This document shows, piece by piece, positions 1 to 9,176 of a DNA stretch of 24,046 nt. A program made the translations under genes and the position numbers. Within the stretch, counting starts at the first letter, position 1, and each line of letters begins with the position of its first letter. This stretch comes from a virus. Its lineage: Duplodnaviria; Caudoviricetes. Below the pieces are notes generated by a model. The model was not told the origin of the DNA and made no database searches. It was given only the letters and a program-made list of their open reading frames with translations. The DNA lies in the IMG/VR virus record IMGVR_UViG_3300037424_003005, positions 1 through 24,046 of that record; one strand, 5' to 3'.

Positions 1-570
1 TCATAACTCCACCAGTCCGGCAACGTAGAGTTGATAGACGGTGTAGGGCTTCGGGCCAAAGGCGGAGAAGTCGCAGAGGGACGCAAAGTCGCCATCGTCG
101 GCCATCCCTGCCGCGACCATACTCTTGTTAACCTCCGCCTGCATATAAATCGATTTCCCCCAGTTGATAATCTCAACAATCATCAGGTGCGGAGTGGCTG
201 ACACGTAGTTGCGTTCCATCTGGATTTGCAGGGCGGCGTTGGCTTCGTCTTCAACAGCATCCTTGGCGGCGCGGCTGATTTGACGGATAGCCTCTTTGCG
301 GAGTGTCGCAATTGCAGCGGCAATCTCCTCTACCGGGATCGCCACGGTCAGTAACAGCCCTGTGACCGGATCAAAATCATCTACCAGCCGGTGTGTGGCA
401 GGGTCATAAATCGGCGTAATCACCGCTGTCTCCCGCCAGTCCTCGCCAGGGTGCAGCTCTTGCCAGCGTGACAGCGTTTGCACGGCGTGGGAGGTGTTGG
501 CGATGATGCAGGCGGTCGGCAGGGTGCGGGTTGCGGTGACAGTGTTGTCGATGATCTGGATGATTGTCAT
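1..570 (-). CDS. Hypothetical tail-associated protein (possible fibre assembly/chaperone-like)
   Basis: 189-aa ORF, RBS GAGGAA upstream, last gene of the tail block; product inferred from position only. Confidence 0.5.
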   Translation of the reverse strand: MTIIQIIDNTVTATRTLPTACIIANTSHAVQTLSRWQELHPGEDWRETAVITPIYDPATHRLVDDFDPVTGLLLTVAIPVEEIAAAIATLRKEAIRQISRAAKDAVEDEANAALQIQMERNYVSATPHLMIVEIINWGKSIYMQAEVNKSMVAAGMADDGDFASLCDFSAFGPKPYTVYQLYVAGLVEL

Positions 571-604
571 AGCGTTTCCTCGGTTATTCCGGTGTGACGA
601 TCAG

Positions 605-1261
605 CTACCTATCGGATTCCGTATATATTGCGTTAAATATTGCACCAGTATTTCCGTTCCCGGAGCTGTCCACGGCAACCAACCCGCTCCCTTCGTCCAT
701 TTTCCACCAGCCGACTAAACCTTCTGAAGAAACTGCGCCGCCCGCATGTAGTTGACCTATTTCTGTTAACGTTAGTGCTCGGCTGTATATACGCACATCG
801 TCCATTTCACCGTCGAAACCATTGCCTGTTTCCTGTTGTTTCCCCAAGCGCACGGTTTTAGAAGATGTCCCCGCAGGTAATAGCCCTGTTTTTAGAACAG
901 CCCCTATCAAATCATTATTGATGTAGAGGCGCAAATAGCTTCCATCATAAGTCCCCGTGACTAAATACCAATCGCCCATAGTTGGCGTAAATGCAGGGGT
1001 GTCTGTGTTAGCGTGAAACACAAAGCTTCCGGTGGTTCCGGCAAAAAAAAGCCACCGATCCTCTAAAGTTAGTTGGTGCCAATCGCTCAAAAAACGTACC
1101 CCAGTAGCTAAGGTATTGAATTTTACCCAGGCACAAATGGATATAGCAGTCCTTGGTTTTATTGATACGGCACCACCGCAGTCCACGTAGCTATTCCCAC
1201 CAACAAAACTTAAAGCAAATTTCTTTAGGTTCTGTTTCATCAACATCATCCGCGCCAGCAT
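605..1261 (-). CDS. LamG/concanavalin-A-like jellyroll protein, candidate receptor-binding protein
   Basis: Motifs WYLVTGTYDG..LRLYIN, FDGEMDDVRIYSRALT and LVGWWKMDEGSG..AVDSSGNGNTG. Start reassigned to ATG 1261 (TGATG overlap with the upstream stop). AT-richer than its neighbours. Confidence 0.8.
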   Translation of the reverse strand: MLARMMLMKQNLKKFALSFVGGNSYVDCGGAVSIKPRTAISICAWVKFNTLATGVRFLSDWHQLTLEDRWLFFAGTTGSFVFHANTDTPAFTPTMGDWYLVTGTYDGSYLRLYINNDLIGAVLKTGLLPAGTSSKTVRLGKQQETGNGFDGEMDDVRIYSRALTLTEIGQLHAGGAVSSEGLVGWWKMDEGSGLVAVDSSGNGNTGAIFNAIYTESDR

Positions 1262-2007
1262 CAGTACGCCTCCACAATCGACATACGCGGCGCAGCGGCC
1301 CCGACACTGCGAATGGTAAACTCGCTGGTCTTGCTGGCAGCAATGGTCAAGAAGAGCGTTAACACTACCCACCCTGCCGGGGCGGTGATCGAGGGGATCT
1401 CAGCCCCACATTTGACCGTCAGGCTGTAGGCGGCGTAATCCGCGGAGGTAGCGGGCCAGTTCGCCATGGTGATGGTGAGTACTTTCGCTCCGGTCATGGC
1501 TGAAGCGTCGATGTAACCGGCGTTGCCGAGGGCGTAATCGAGAGCAGCGGTGGTGGTGGCGTCGGGGGCGGTTATGATTTGGAGGGCGTCGATTTGCCCG
1601 AGGATCGTCTTCCATGCACCGAGGGCGGCGGCGATTAACGTGCTAACAGCAACCTTGATATTGCTCCACGACACATGCGCCAACAGCCCGCTCACCGAAT
1701 CGCGCAGGGGGATCTTGTCGGCATCGGCGGGGACTGTAATCGCGCCGGAGGACTCGACCAGCGCGGCGAGGGTGAGAAGGGTTTCGGCGGGGGAGGATTC
1801 CGGCAGATCCGCCACCGTCGCTATCGGGTTCTCGGCGCTTGGAGCGTTGGCGGCTAGCAGCGCCGCCTCAACATCAGCATCCAGCCCGGCACTGGCTGGC
1901 CCCGGCGGGCCGGGCGGGCCTTGTTCGGCGAGCTCCACGACTTCGACCACGTCATCAATGATTTCCAGATCGGCAGAGAGGTCTTCGATTTCGATCAGTA
2001 CCGTCAT
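1261..2007 (-). CDS. Tail fibre-like/adaptor protein with short collagen-like motif
   Basis: 248 aa; acidic N-terminus followed by QGPPGPPGP; Ala-rich; overlapping start/stop coupling with both neighbours. Confidence 0.6.
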   Translation of the reverse strand: MTVLIEIEDLSADLEIIDDVVEVVELAEQGPPGPPGPASAGLDADVEAALLAANAPSAENPIATVADLPESSPAETLLTLAALVESSGAITVPADADKIPLRDSVSGLLAHVSWSNIKVAVSTLIAAALGAWKTILGQIDALQIITAPDATTTAALDYALGNAGYIDASAMTGAKVLTITMANWPATSADYAAYSLTVKCGAEIPSITAPAGWVVLTLFLTIAASKTSEFTIRSVGAAAPRMSIVEAY

Positions 2008-2375
2008 TCGGCGGCCTCCTTGAGACCGAGGACGCCGCCGAAATAGCAGGTGGTGACGCCGAGGGAGTCGGTGAGATAGATATCATAATTCCCGAGGCCG
2101 GCGGGCCAGGGGGTGGCGGCCTCGGTGACGCTGACCGGGATGATAATCCGATAGCGGCCGCCGGGGAGATCGGTCACCAGGTAAGGGGCGAGATCAAGGG
2201 CCGTGCCGTCGGCCAGGGTGGCGGGGACGGCGAGGATGCAGCCGGTGAGATCGAGCAGCGCCTGCGTCACCGGGTCGCGGTGGCGGTAGAGCGGGCTGCG
2301 CAGGGTGGCGCCACGCCGACAGATGAGCGGGATACTGATCGGCAGATCGCGCTTGCGGTAGATTTTCGTTGCCAT
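2004..2375 (-). CDS. Hypothetical tail protein (BppU N-terminal-like beta-sandwich)
   Basis: RRGAT...LDLTG...G.YDI.L......YFGG pattern typical of small fibre-anchor proteins; position in tail block. Confidence 0.5.
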   Translation of the reverse strand: MATKIYRKRDLPISIPLICRRGATLRSPLYRHRDPVTQALLDLTGCILAVPATLADGTALDLAPYLVTDLPGGRYRIIIPVSVTEAATPWPAGLGNYDIYLTDSLGVTTCYFGGVLGLKEAAE

Positions 2376-2641
2376 TAGATCACCTCGGGCCAGGACGGAT
2401 TGGTGGGGTCACAGTTCTGCGGAAAATCCCGCAACTGCTGCAAGTAGACCAATAGCGACTGATACTGGGTTGCGGTATCGGAGGTGGGCAAGCCCGCCTC
2501 CAGTTGGGTGCGGTAACGTTCTACTCGCCAGAGGCCGGCGGCGAGATTTGCATCGCGCTGGCGGCGGATGTCTGCCATGGCTGCGGCGGCTTGATGTTCC
2601 GACTTCATGGCGGCGGTGATGATCTGCGTGGCGTCGATCAT
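2375..2641 (-). CDS. Phage tail fibre assembly chaperone
   Basis: IRRQRDANL...YLQQLRDFPQ...WP C-terminal signature. Confidence 0.75.
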   Translation of the reverse strand: MIDATQIITAAMKSEHQAAAAMADIRRQRDANLAAGLWRVERYRTQLEAGLPTSDTATQYQSLLVYLQQLRDFPQNCDPTNPSWPEVI

Positions 2642-2937
2642 GCTGCACCTCCTGGGAGAACCAGAAGTCCGTCCGGCGGGTCAACAATCGCCAAGGGGAA
2701 AGCTTGTGCTGCGGTTGGATTGGCGCCGATCGGCAAGATCAGTGTGAGCTGGAGATGACCGTCGATGCGCGCGACATCGCCGCTGATAAAGGAGCAGTTG
2801 GTAGCAGTAGCCGGCAGGGTGGCGCCTTCTGGAATTACAGAGAAGTTGTAAGGAACACCGTTAATAGTCAGGGTGTCACCTGCCTTGATGACTTGCAGGG
2901 TAGTGTCACTGCGTTGCGGGGATAACTTGATAATCAT
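2638..2937 (-). CDS. Tail fibre accessory protein
   Basis: MIIKLSPQRSD..L.V.KAGD.LTING..Y.FS.IPEGATLP family normally found right after tail fibre genes; RBS AAGGAG. Confidence 0.7.
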   Translation of the reverse strand: MIIKLSPQRSDTTLQVIKAGDTLTINGVPYNFSVIPEGATLPATATNCSFISGDVARIDGHLQLTLILPIGANPTAAQAFPLAIVDPPDGLLVLPGGAA

Positions 2938-2946
2938 AATTCCTCC

Positions 2947-3465
2947 TTAGTACCAGCGGCCGATGGCGGATAGCCCGACAAATGAAACGCTCCCAACCGT
3001 TGATTTAAACATGGAAAATGAAGTAGATGTTGTTGTCGTCCCATTATCTCCAAGCCCGCCCCAACAAATACCATTACCTGAGAGTTCTAATACACTTACA
3101 ATGGGCGGATCTGAAAATGCGGCAGGGAAAGACCAGTTAGTGTTTCCAGTCGTATACACCGCACCAGTACTAATGTTAAGTGCAGCGGCCGTGTTCTTTT
3201 TATGTGTACAAATCTGCGTGCCATCGGCCCAGCGCACATACTCGCCGTTGGCATTGCTACCGCGTTCGATGACCGCCCCGGTTGGGACGCCGGCAGCTTG
3301 GCTGACCGTGCCGAGGAGATTGCCGCGCTCGTACAAAGGCAATGCTAACTTGGTCTTCTCACTATCACTAAACTCATTGGTATCGGCATTGCTCTCATAC
3401 GCCGCCTTGATCTCGGCAGCGACGGCGGCATCGTTCAGCGGTTTGGTCTGGGTCGGTATCGGCAT
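2947..3465 (-). CDS. Short tail fibre protein with gp53-like C-terminal domain
   Basis: GTVSQAAGVPTGAVIERGSNANGEYVRWADGTQIC...WSFPAAF...AIGRWY, a characteristic fibre C-terminal module. Confidence 0.75.
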   Translation of the reverse strand: MPIPTQTKPLNDAAVAAEIKAAYESNADTNEFSDSEKTKLALPLYERGNLLGTVSQAAGVPTGAVIERGSNANGEYVRWADGTQICTHKKNTAAALNISTGAVYTTGNTNWSFPAAFSDPPIVSVLELSGNGICWGGLGDNGTTTTSTSFSMFKSTVGSVSFVGLSAIGRWY

Positions 3466-3467
3466 GG

Positions 3468-5954
3468 TTAACTCCTTGTCGTCAATGCGACGGTGCCGTC
3501 GGCAGTGGTGAGGATGTAGCCTCCGGCATTATCGGTGAGGTATTTCATGGCGAAAGCGGCATCGCCGGCACCCTGGCTGCGACAGGTGAGGCGGATGACA
3601 TCGGCGCGGCTGATATCGCCGGGGGAGAAGCCCGCCGACTGGATCTCGGCAACCAGCCCGCCAAGAAAATCGAGGGTGACAGGGTCAGCGAATTCGAGTT
3701 CGCTGTGGTTGAGGAAGATCTCGAAATCATGCAGCCAGTAGCGGCGGGCATATTCGCCGAGGTAGAAGGAGAGGAGATCGGCGGCCATAGTGGCGTCGCG
3801 CACCAGGTCAAAACGGAAGAGTTCGGGGCGTTCGTTTTCGCCGTAGTCGGTGATCGACTGGCTGTCGCTGTCGACCAGGGCGGCGCGGTAAGCGCTGTCG
3901 TCACTGCCGGCGGATGAGGGGTCGCGATCATAAAGGAGATTGATCTTGTTGATGATCTCGCTCATCGCCGCCTTGCGGCGCGAGAGGGTGAGGCGGCCGC
4001 CGCTCAGGCGGATGGCGGGGATGGCCTTGACCGGGGTGAGGGTGTCGGGGCGGACGATGAGTTGACCAGTGCCGAGGCGCAGGCGGAAATAAGCGCGGCA
4101 CTGGAAGGCGAGGCTGTCGAGCAGATCGATGCCGCGTTGGTAGTCGGTGATGGCGCCGTCGATACGGTAGCTGGCGGGGAAGCTGCCGATCTGAGTGAGG
4201 GTGTAAGGGCCGCTGCGGCTGAGGAGATCGGCGCAGACGGCGGCAGGGGTGGAAAGGGTGCCGGTGACATCGACGAGGACGACATCACTGACCAGGGTAT
4301 TGGCGCCGGAGTTACCGGAGATGGTGACGGTGCCGCTCTTGCTGACGCTGCCGGAGCGGCTGGCGGATCCGGACTTGGCGGCGCTGCCGGACTTGCTGGC
4401 ACTGCCGGACTTCGTAGCGCTGCCGGACTTGCTGCTCGCCTGAGCAACCGAGGTGGTGCCGGCATCATAAACAACTTGCCGGGAGGCGGAGTTGATCGTC
4501 AGTTGGGCGGTCCCGCCCGAGGCCGGAGTGACGCGAAACTCAGGAACATAGGTGCCTGAGACCGTTACCACATGGCTGCCACCGGTACCAACCGAGACCT
4601 CACTACTCCCGTCAAAAATCTTGACCAGCGGCGCACTGCCGGTATAGGACATCCCCCAGGTATAGGTGTAAGTGGCGACGCTGACGCCCGACAACGAGCC
4701 GAAGGTCGGTGCCACGGAGAAATAGCTGCCGGTGGAGGCGCTGGTCCAGGGGACGCCGGTGGCGAACTGCACCAGGGTCGAGGAGACGGTATGCCCATGG
4801 GTCGGGTTACTGATGCCGATGGTATCACTGACGCCGATGGTATCGGCAACGCTGATGGTGTCGTTAACGGCGATACTGTCAACGATGCTAAGGGCGTCAT
4901 TAACGGCAATGCCGTCATTAACGAGGAGATCGACGGCCTGCGAGGCGGTGATATAGCTGGGCAGGGTAATGCAGGCGCGGCCGGGATAATCGGGATGCTG
5001 GCCGCCGAGAGCACCGACGGCGACCACGGCACTGGTGCCGCTGCCGAGATAGCGGCTGGCAATGGCGGAAATCTCAACTTCCGCTGCGCCGACGACGCCG
5101 TAAACTTTTGGAATGCTGCTCACCGCATGATCGGCGAGCAGGTAGACATATTCGCCCAACACCTGCCAGGCGATCGCCCCCTTGGTGTGGATCGTCGCCA
5201 GGGTGGTATTGACACCGCGGGTCACGGTCAAGGTGTCGCCGCTCACAGCGCTGATCGTCATCTCTTCATCGTCAACAGTCAGGGTCATGCCGGCGCTCAG
5301 GCCGGTGGCATCAGAGACAATGACGCTGGTAGTGCTGGCATTGATGGCGCTGGGAAGGCTGGTCATAATTCCCGACGCCACGGCCAAGGCCGGCAAGCGG
5401 CGGACGCTGCCATAAACGAGGGGAATGACCTTGCCGACATCGTCGGGGTCAGCAGTCGGGAAGTCAGCGCGGGTGATTTTAGTACCGAGATACTTTTGCA
5501 GGCGGATGGCTTCGTCTTCGAGGCCGATGCGCACAATCGTTTCGTCGGGGATCTCGACCGGATCACGGACAAAGAAGCGCGCCATCTCCTGGGGCGGATC
5601 GCTGGCGGGGTCGAGATCGCGGAACCAAAGATAAAGGCTGACGGCGGTGCGCTCGAAATCGCTGGCGACGGCGAGATCGGCCATGTTCGGCGCGCTATCC
5701 GGATCAATCAGGCAATCGATGGCGAGGTCGCTGAGGCGGATTTCACTCAGTTCGCCGCTGATCCCTTCGGTGACTTGTCCCCAGGAAGAGATCCAGGCCT
5801 TGGTGGTGATGCCGCCCAGCCAGCTGGCGATGCTGAGGGCGAGGTCGCTGAGGTAATAGTCGACGCCGCCGACGGTCATTTTGATGATCCACAGCGGGCG
5901 GGCGCCGGTCAGTTTGTTTTTTTCTGCGGTGAAACCGGCAGGGAAGGTCTTCAT
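3468..5954 (-). CDS. Tail tip/baseplate hub protein with inserted repeat-flanked domain
   Basis: 828 aa; DVGKVIPLVYG hub motif, DDEEM..S..SG.TLTVTRG..T.A..H..GA module, internal hexad repeats; position after distal tail genes. Confidence 0.7.
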   Translation of the reverse strand: MKTFPAGFTAEKNKLTGARPLWIIKMTVGGVDYYLSDLALSIASWLGGITTKAWISSWGQVTEGISGELSEIRLSDLAIDCLIDPDSAPNMADLAVASDFERTAVSLYLWFRDLDPASDPPQEMARFFVRDPVEIPDETIVRIGLEDEAIRLQKYLGTKITRADFPTADPDDVGKVIPLVYGSVRRLPALAVASGIMTSLPSAINASTTSVIVSDATGLSAGMTLTVDDEEMTISAVSGDTLTVTRGVNTTLATIHTKGAIAWQVLGEYVYLLADHAVSSIPKVYGVVGAAEVEISAIASRYLGSGTSAVVAVGALGGQHPDYPGRACITLPSYITASQAVDLLVNDGIAVNDALSIVDSIAVNDTISVADTIGVSDTIGISNPTHGHTVSSTLVQFATGVPWTSASTGSYFSVAPTFGSLSGVSVATYTYTWGMSYTGSAPLVKIFDGSSEVSVGTGGSHVVTVSGTYVPEFRVTPASGGTAQLTINSASRQVVYDAGTTSVAQASSKSGSATKSGSASKSGSAAKSGSASRSGSVSKSGTVTISGNSGANTLVSDVVLVDVTGTLSTPAAVCADLLSRSGPYTLTQIGSFPASYRIDGAITDYQRGIDLLDSLAFQCRAYFRLRLGTGQLIVRPDTLTPVKAIPAIRLSGGRLTLSRRKAAMSEIINKINLLYDRDPSSAGSDDSAYRAALVDSDSQSITDYGENERPELFRFDLVRDATMAADLLSFYLGEYARRYWLHDFEIFLNHSELEFADPVTLDFLGGLVAEIQSAGFSPGDISRADVIRLTCRSQGAGDAAFAMKYLTDNAGGYILTTADGTVALTTRS
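4330..4437 (-). repeat. 18-bp period coding repeat (xxKSGS, six units)
   Basis: Recurrent gctgccggactt units encoding SSKSGS-ATKSGS-ASKSGS-AAKSGS-ASRSGS-VSKSGT. Confidence 0.85.
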
Positions 5955-6310
5955 ACCATCACCTCCAGATCGATCTGCAGGCGATGATGCGCGCCGACCG
6001 GGGTATGACGCAGGCGCGGGGCGGTGAGTTTAACCGTGCGGGAGACCTCGGCATGATCGACCCAGGTGAAGGGATAACGGACACCGAGAATCGCCGTAGC
6101 GACAAAGGCGCGCAGATCGGCGAGGACGCTAGCCGAGACCCGCGGGAAGGTGAGGCTGTGACTGGTGAGCACCTCACCTTTGCCGTAAACGATGACATTG
6201 CCGGCGCTGTCGGTCTCGCGCAGTTGCCGCGAGTCAATGCTTTTGGCAGCGGGCCGGATCGGATCGCAGTTGAATTGTACGGTCACGCCGTCAAAGACAA
6301 AACGGGTCAT
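5951..6310 (-). CDS. Distal/minor tail protein (gpM-like), paralog 2
   Basis: 119 aa; L.F......L.AF....G....FTW.D..R.V pattern; similar to the adjacent ORF. Confidence 0.6.
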   Translation of the reverse strand: MTRFVFDGVTVQFNCDPIRPAAKSIDSRQLRETDSAGNVIVYGKGEVLTSHSLTFPRVSASVLADLRAFVATAILGVRYPFTWVDHAEVSRTVKLTAPRLRHTPVGAHHRLQIDLEVMV

Positions 6311-6672
6311 GCGCTCTCCAACAGGTCAAGGGTGACGTTGTGCCGACCAAAGGCAATCTCAGTACTATTCAGTTGCGCCGTGGCGCAGCGGACGGTGTGC
6401 ACGACTCCGGCAAAATCGGTGTAGGTGAAGAGTTCGGCCATGCCCTTGACGACCTGCGCGAGGAAGATTTCGAGGGCGGCGAGATCGGCGCTGGCCATGC
6501 CCGACCATTGCAGGGTCAAGGGGCGCTCGATCGCATGCGGATCATAGCCGTAACGGGTACCGCCGGTGGCGCGGGCTTCGGCCTGCAACAGGTCAATTCC
6601 CCCGGCGGGGCGCAGCGGGTGGCGGCCAAAGAGCACCGAACCGCCAGCATGATCGAAGCGCGCCGCGGGCAT
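6307..6672 (-). CDS. Distal/minor tail protein (gpM-like), paralog 1
   Basis: 121 aa; L.W..M...DL..L..F.....KG....FTYTD..G..H.VR pattern; follows tape measure region. Confidence 0.6.
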   Translation of the reverse strand: MPAARFDHAGGSVLFGRHPLRPAGGIDLLQAEARATGGTRYGYDPHAIERPLTLQWSGMASADLAALEIFLAQVVKGMAELFTYTDFAGVVHTVRCATAQLNSTEIAFGRHNVTLDLLESA

Positions 6673-6876
6673 CTAGGCGACCGCGAAATCTTTGCAGGCG
6701 ACGATGAGGATGCCGTCGCCGGGGGTGTCCTCAAAGGGCGCGGCGTTGAGGGTGGTAGTCAGGGCTTGCAGGCCACGGACAATCTCGACGCGATCCGCGC
6801 AGGGGGTGGCGGGTGTCGGGTTCTGCGGCGATTGACGGTGGGTGCAGCGGCTGCATCCCATATCGATGGTCCACAT
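6673..6876 (-). CDS. Small Cys-containing hypothetical protein
   Basis: 67 aa; RBS AAGGAG at 6885-6890; CxxC..C..C; abuts the next gene. Confidence 0.6.
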   Translation of the reverse strand: MWTIDMGCSRCTHRQSPQNPTPATPCADRVEIVRGLQALTTTLNAAPFEDTPGDGILIVACKDFAVA

Positions 6877-6898
6877 GGTTGGGGCTCCTTTTTAAGGG

Positions 6899-6958
6899 CC
6901 GTGACGCGTGACGCGTGACGGGGTGACAAGGGCTTTTGTTACGCGTTACGCGTCACGG
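6899..6958. repeat. Hairpin built from heptamer repeats (GTGACGC)n / (GTTACGC)n
   Basis: 21-bp arms at 6899-6919 and 6938-6958 with two G:T wobbles, directly after the tape measure stop. Confidence 0.8.
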
Positions 6959-6959
6959 C

Positions 6960-9176
6960 TTACCGATAACGTCCGGCTAATTTGCGCAGCTCGGGTTCAA
7001 TCTCGCGGGCCAGTTCACGGGCGGTTTTTTCGGCGCCGCTGGCGGAGACGCCGGAGATATGAATGCCGCCGAGGTTGACTGTTTGACTCCCCCCCTGGGC
7101 GGCGCGGGCTTCGTTGCGGTTCAAGACCTGCTCACCTCTGGCCAAAGGATAGAGGCCACTGCGGGGGACATAACCGGTGCCGGTGTGAAAGCCGGCGCCG
7201 AAGGGAGTGGAGATGTCGCTGGTCGGCAGGCCACTGACCGAGCGCGTGGGGCCGATGAAGTTGGGGCTGGATTCATCGGTGACATAATTCTTGGCGCTTC
7301 CCATGCCGCCGGCAGCGAGGATCTGCGCGGCATCGGTTGCCTTGAAGATGATATTGACCTCTTTGTTGTTCATGCGGTCGAGGATGGTTTCGAGGTTTTC
7401 AACCTCCGACTTGAAGGCGCTGACCCGCTCTTCGGCGGCGATCATCTGGCTGGCGAAGTCTTCGGCGGTGGCGGTGCGCTTGGCGGCCTCGGTATCGAGG
7501 AGGTCGGTGATCCGCTGCGTTAAGGTCTCTTTGGTGGCGAGATAGTCGGCTTCGGTCTGATAGGTCGAGATGATTTCAACGCCGTTGTCGATGACCGCCT
7601 GGTTGTAGGTGGCGGCGCTGTCGATGAGGTCGGCGTAGGCCTTGGCCTTGGCTTCGGCACTCAGGCCGAAAGAGTTGGCGATCTTCTCTTCGGCGGTCTT
7701 GATGGCGTCTTGCTGATCAAGGTAAGTGTTGAGAGCGTCTTTCGGTGTCTGTCCCTTGGCCAGGTCGGCAGCGTTGCGGCTGGCGAGTTGATCGCGTACC
7801 GCGGCCCGCGCATCGATGAGGCTGTCCATAGCCTTGACGGCGGACTCGTAGTTACTGACTATCTTTTGCAGATGGCCGCTTTCAAGGTTAAGGCTTTGGC
7901 TGATGCGCTTCTTTTCGACATCAAGGATCTTGTCGTTGTGCTTGCGGATGGCGATCAGTTCTTTTTCGCGGGCGGCACTGGCCTCGACCAGCGCCTTGGC
8001 GGTGGCTTCTTTTTTGGTCTTGGCTTCGAGTTCAGCGGCTTCGCGGGCGGCGGTTTCGATGCGGCGCTGCGCCAGGGCTTTGCCTTCCGGGGTGACGCTG
8101 GCGTCAAAGGCGGTCTTGCGCAGGGTCTTGAGCTTTTCGGCGGCAGCTTCGGCGCCGGTGGTGGCCCATTCCCAAAAGCCGACCTGCCCGGATTTGTAGG
8201 CTTCGAGCCAGCCGACGGTGGCGGACATCTCCGCCGCCAAGCTGGCCATGGGGCCAGAGAGGAGGATGCCGACACTCTTGCCGATGTCGTCGATGGAGGC
8301 GGAGAATTTGGCCATTTTATCGGCGTCGGTCTCGGCGGCGGATCCCGTATCGTCGATAATTTTCTGACCAGCAAGGAGGGTTGCGTTGAAAAATGCCTGC
8401 TTCTTCTCGGCTTCGGTCAGGGCCGAGGCGACAAGGTTATGGGCCTCGGCATAGGCCTTATTGGCTTTTTCGACATCAACGAGGATGCCGAGGTCGTCAA
8501 GTTTTAGTTTCGACATGCGCGCCAAACCGATGGAGATACTATCAAACGCCGCGGTAACGGTCTGGCCAGTGATACGGCTGGAGGCCTTGGCAATCTCCAT
8601 GAGCTTGGGGAGCATATCGGCGTTTATGCCGGTGAGCATGGCGGTGCCGGATTTCTCGACGAGCTGCTGCACCGAGACGGTTTCGCCGCTGACGCGACGG
8701 AGATCGGCAATCAGTTTGTCGGCACTGACCCCATTGGCGGCGGCGAGGTTGGCGAAGGATTGACCCTGCTGTTGAAAGGCGGCGCCTTCTTGCGCCAAGG
8801 TCATGGCCTTGTTGGCAATCGCCCAGGCCGCGGCAATGCCGGCAGTGACGGCCAGCCAGTTGGCCTTGAACTTGTCGAGCATGGCGATGCGCTTGCCGTG
8901 CTGCTCTTCGTCGATGCGCAGGATGGCGCTGGCGTGGTTTTTTTGCGCCCGCTCCAGTTCGCCAGCGGTGGCGAGGCCGCTACTCTTGATGCGTGCATAG
9001 GCTTTGTCGGCCGCCAAGCGCTGGTTGTCAAAAGCCAGTGCGCTCTTCATGCCGAGCTGGTTAAACTCGCGCTCGAGAATCGAGGCGGCCTGCTTGCCGC
9101 TGTTCTCCAGGGACTTAATGGCGGCATCGGCGCGGCTGCTGTCGCCGCTGAAGATAATTTTAATGTCCTTCGCCAT
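6960..9176 (-). CDS. Tail tape measure protein
   Basis: About 738 aa, Ala-rich helical; N-terminal MAKDIKIIFSGD; C-terminal FHTGTGYVP...RGEQVL; follows gpG/GT. Confidence 0.9.
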   Translation of the reverse strand: MAKDIKIIFSGDSSRADAAIKSLENSGKQAASILEREFNQLGMKSALAFDNQRLAADKAYARIKSSGLATAGELERAQKNHASAILRIDEEQHGKRIAMLDKFKANWLAVTAGIAAAWAIANKAMTLAQEGAAFQQQGQSFANLAAANGVSADKLIADLRRVSGETVSVQQLVEKSGTAMLTGINADMLPKLMEIAKASSRITGQTVTAAFDSISIGLARMSKLKLDDLGILVDVEKANKAYAEAHNLVASALTEAEKKQAFFNATLLAGQKIIDDTGSAAETDADKMAKFSASIDDIGKSVGILLSGPMASLAAEMSATVGWLEAYKSGQVGFWEWATTGAEAAAEKLKTLRKTAFDASVTPEGKALAQRRIETAAREAAELEAKTKKEATAKALVEASAAREKELIAIRKHNDKILDVEKKRISQSLNLESGHLQKIVSNYESAVKAMDSLIDARAAVRDQLASRNAADLAKGQTPKDALNTYLDQQDAIKTAEEKIANSFGLSAEAKAKAYADLIDSAATYNQAVIDNGVEIISTYQTEADYLATKETLTQRITDLLDTEAAKRTATAEDFASQMIAAEERVSAFKSEVENLETILDRMNNKEVNIIFKATDAAQILAAGGMGSAKNYVTDESSPNFIGPTRSVSGLPTSDISTPFGAGFHTGTGYVPRSGLYPLARGEQVLNRNEARAAQGGSQTVNLGGIHISGVSASGAEKTARELAREIEPELRKLAGRYR

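Noticed and set aside
1262-1372. N-terminal extension of the LamG ORF with a second YVDCGG
   Set aside because: It overlaps the upstream gene in another frame and the DNA match is weak; treated as coincidence, start placed at 1261
605-3465. Diversity-generating retroelement or invertible tail fibre switch
   Set aside because: No reverse transcriptase, no TR/VR duplicate, and no invertase or inverted fibre copies seen
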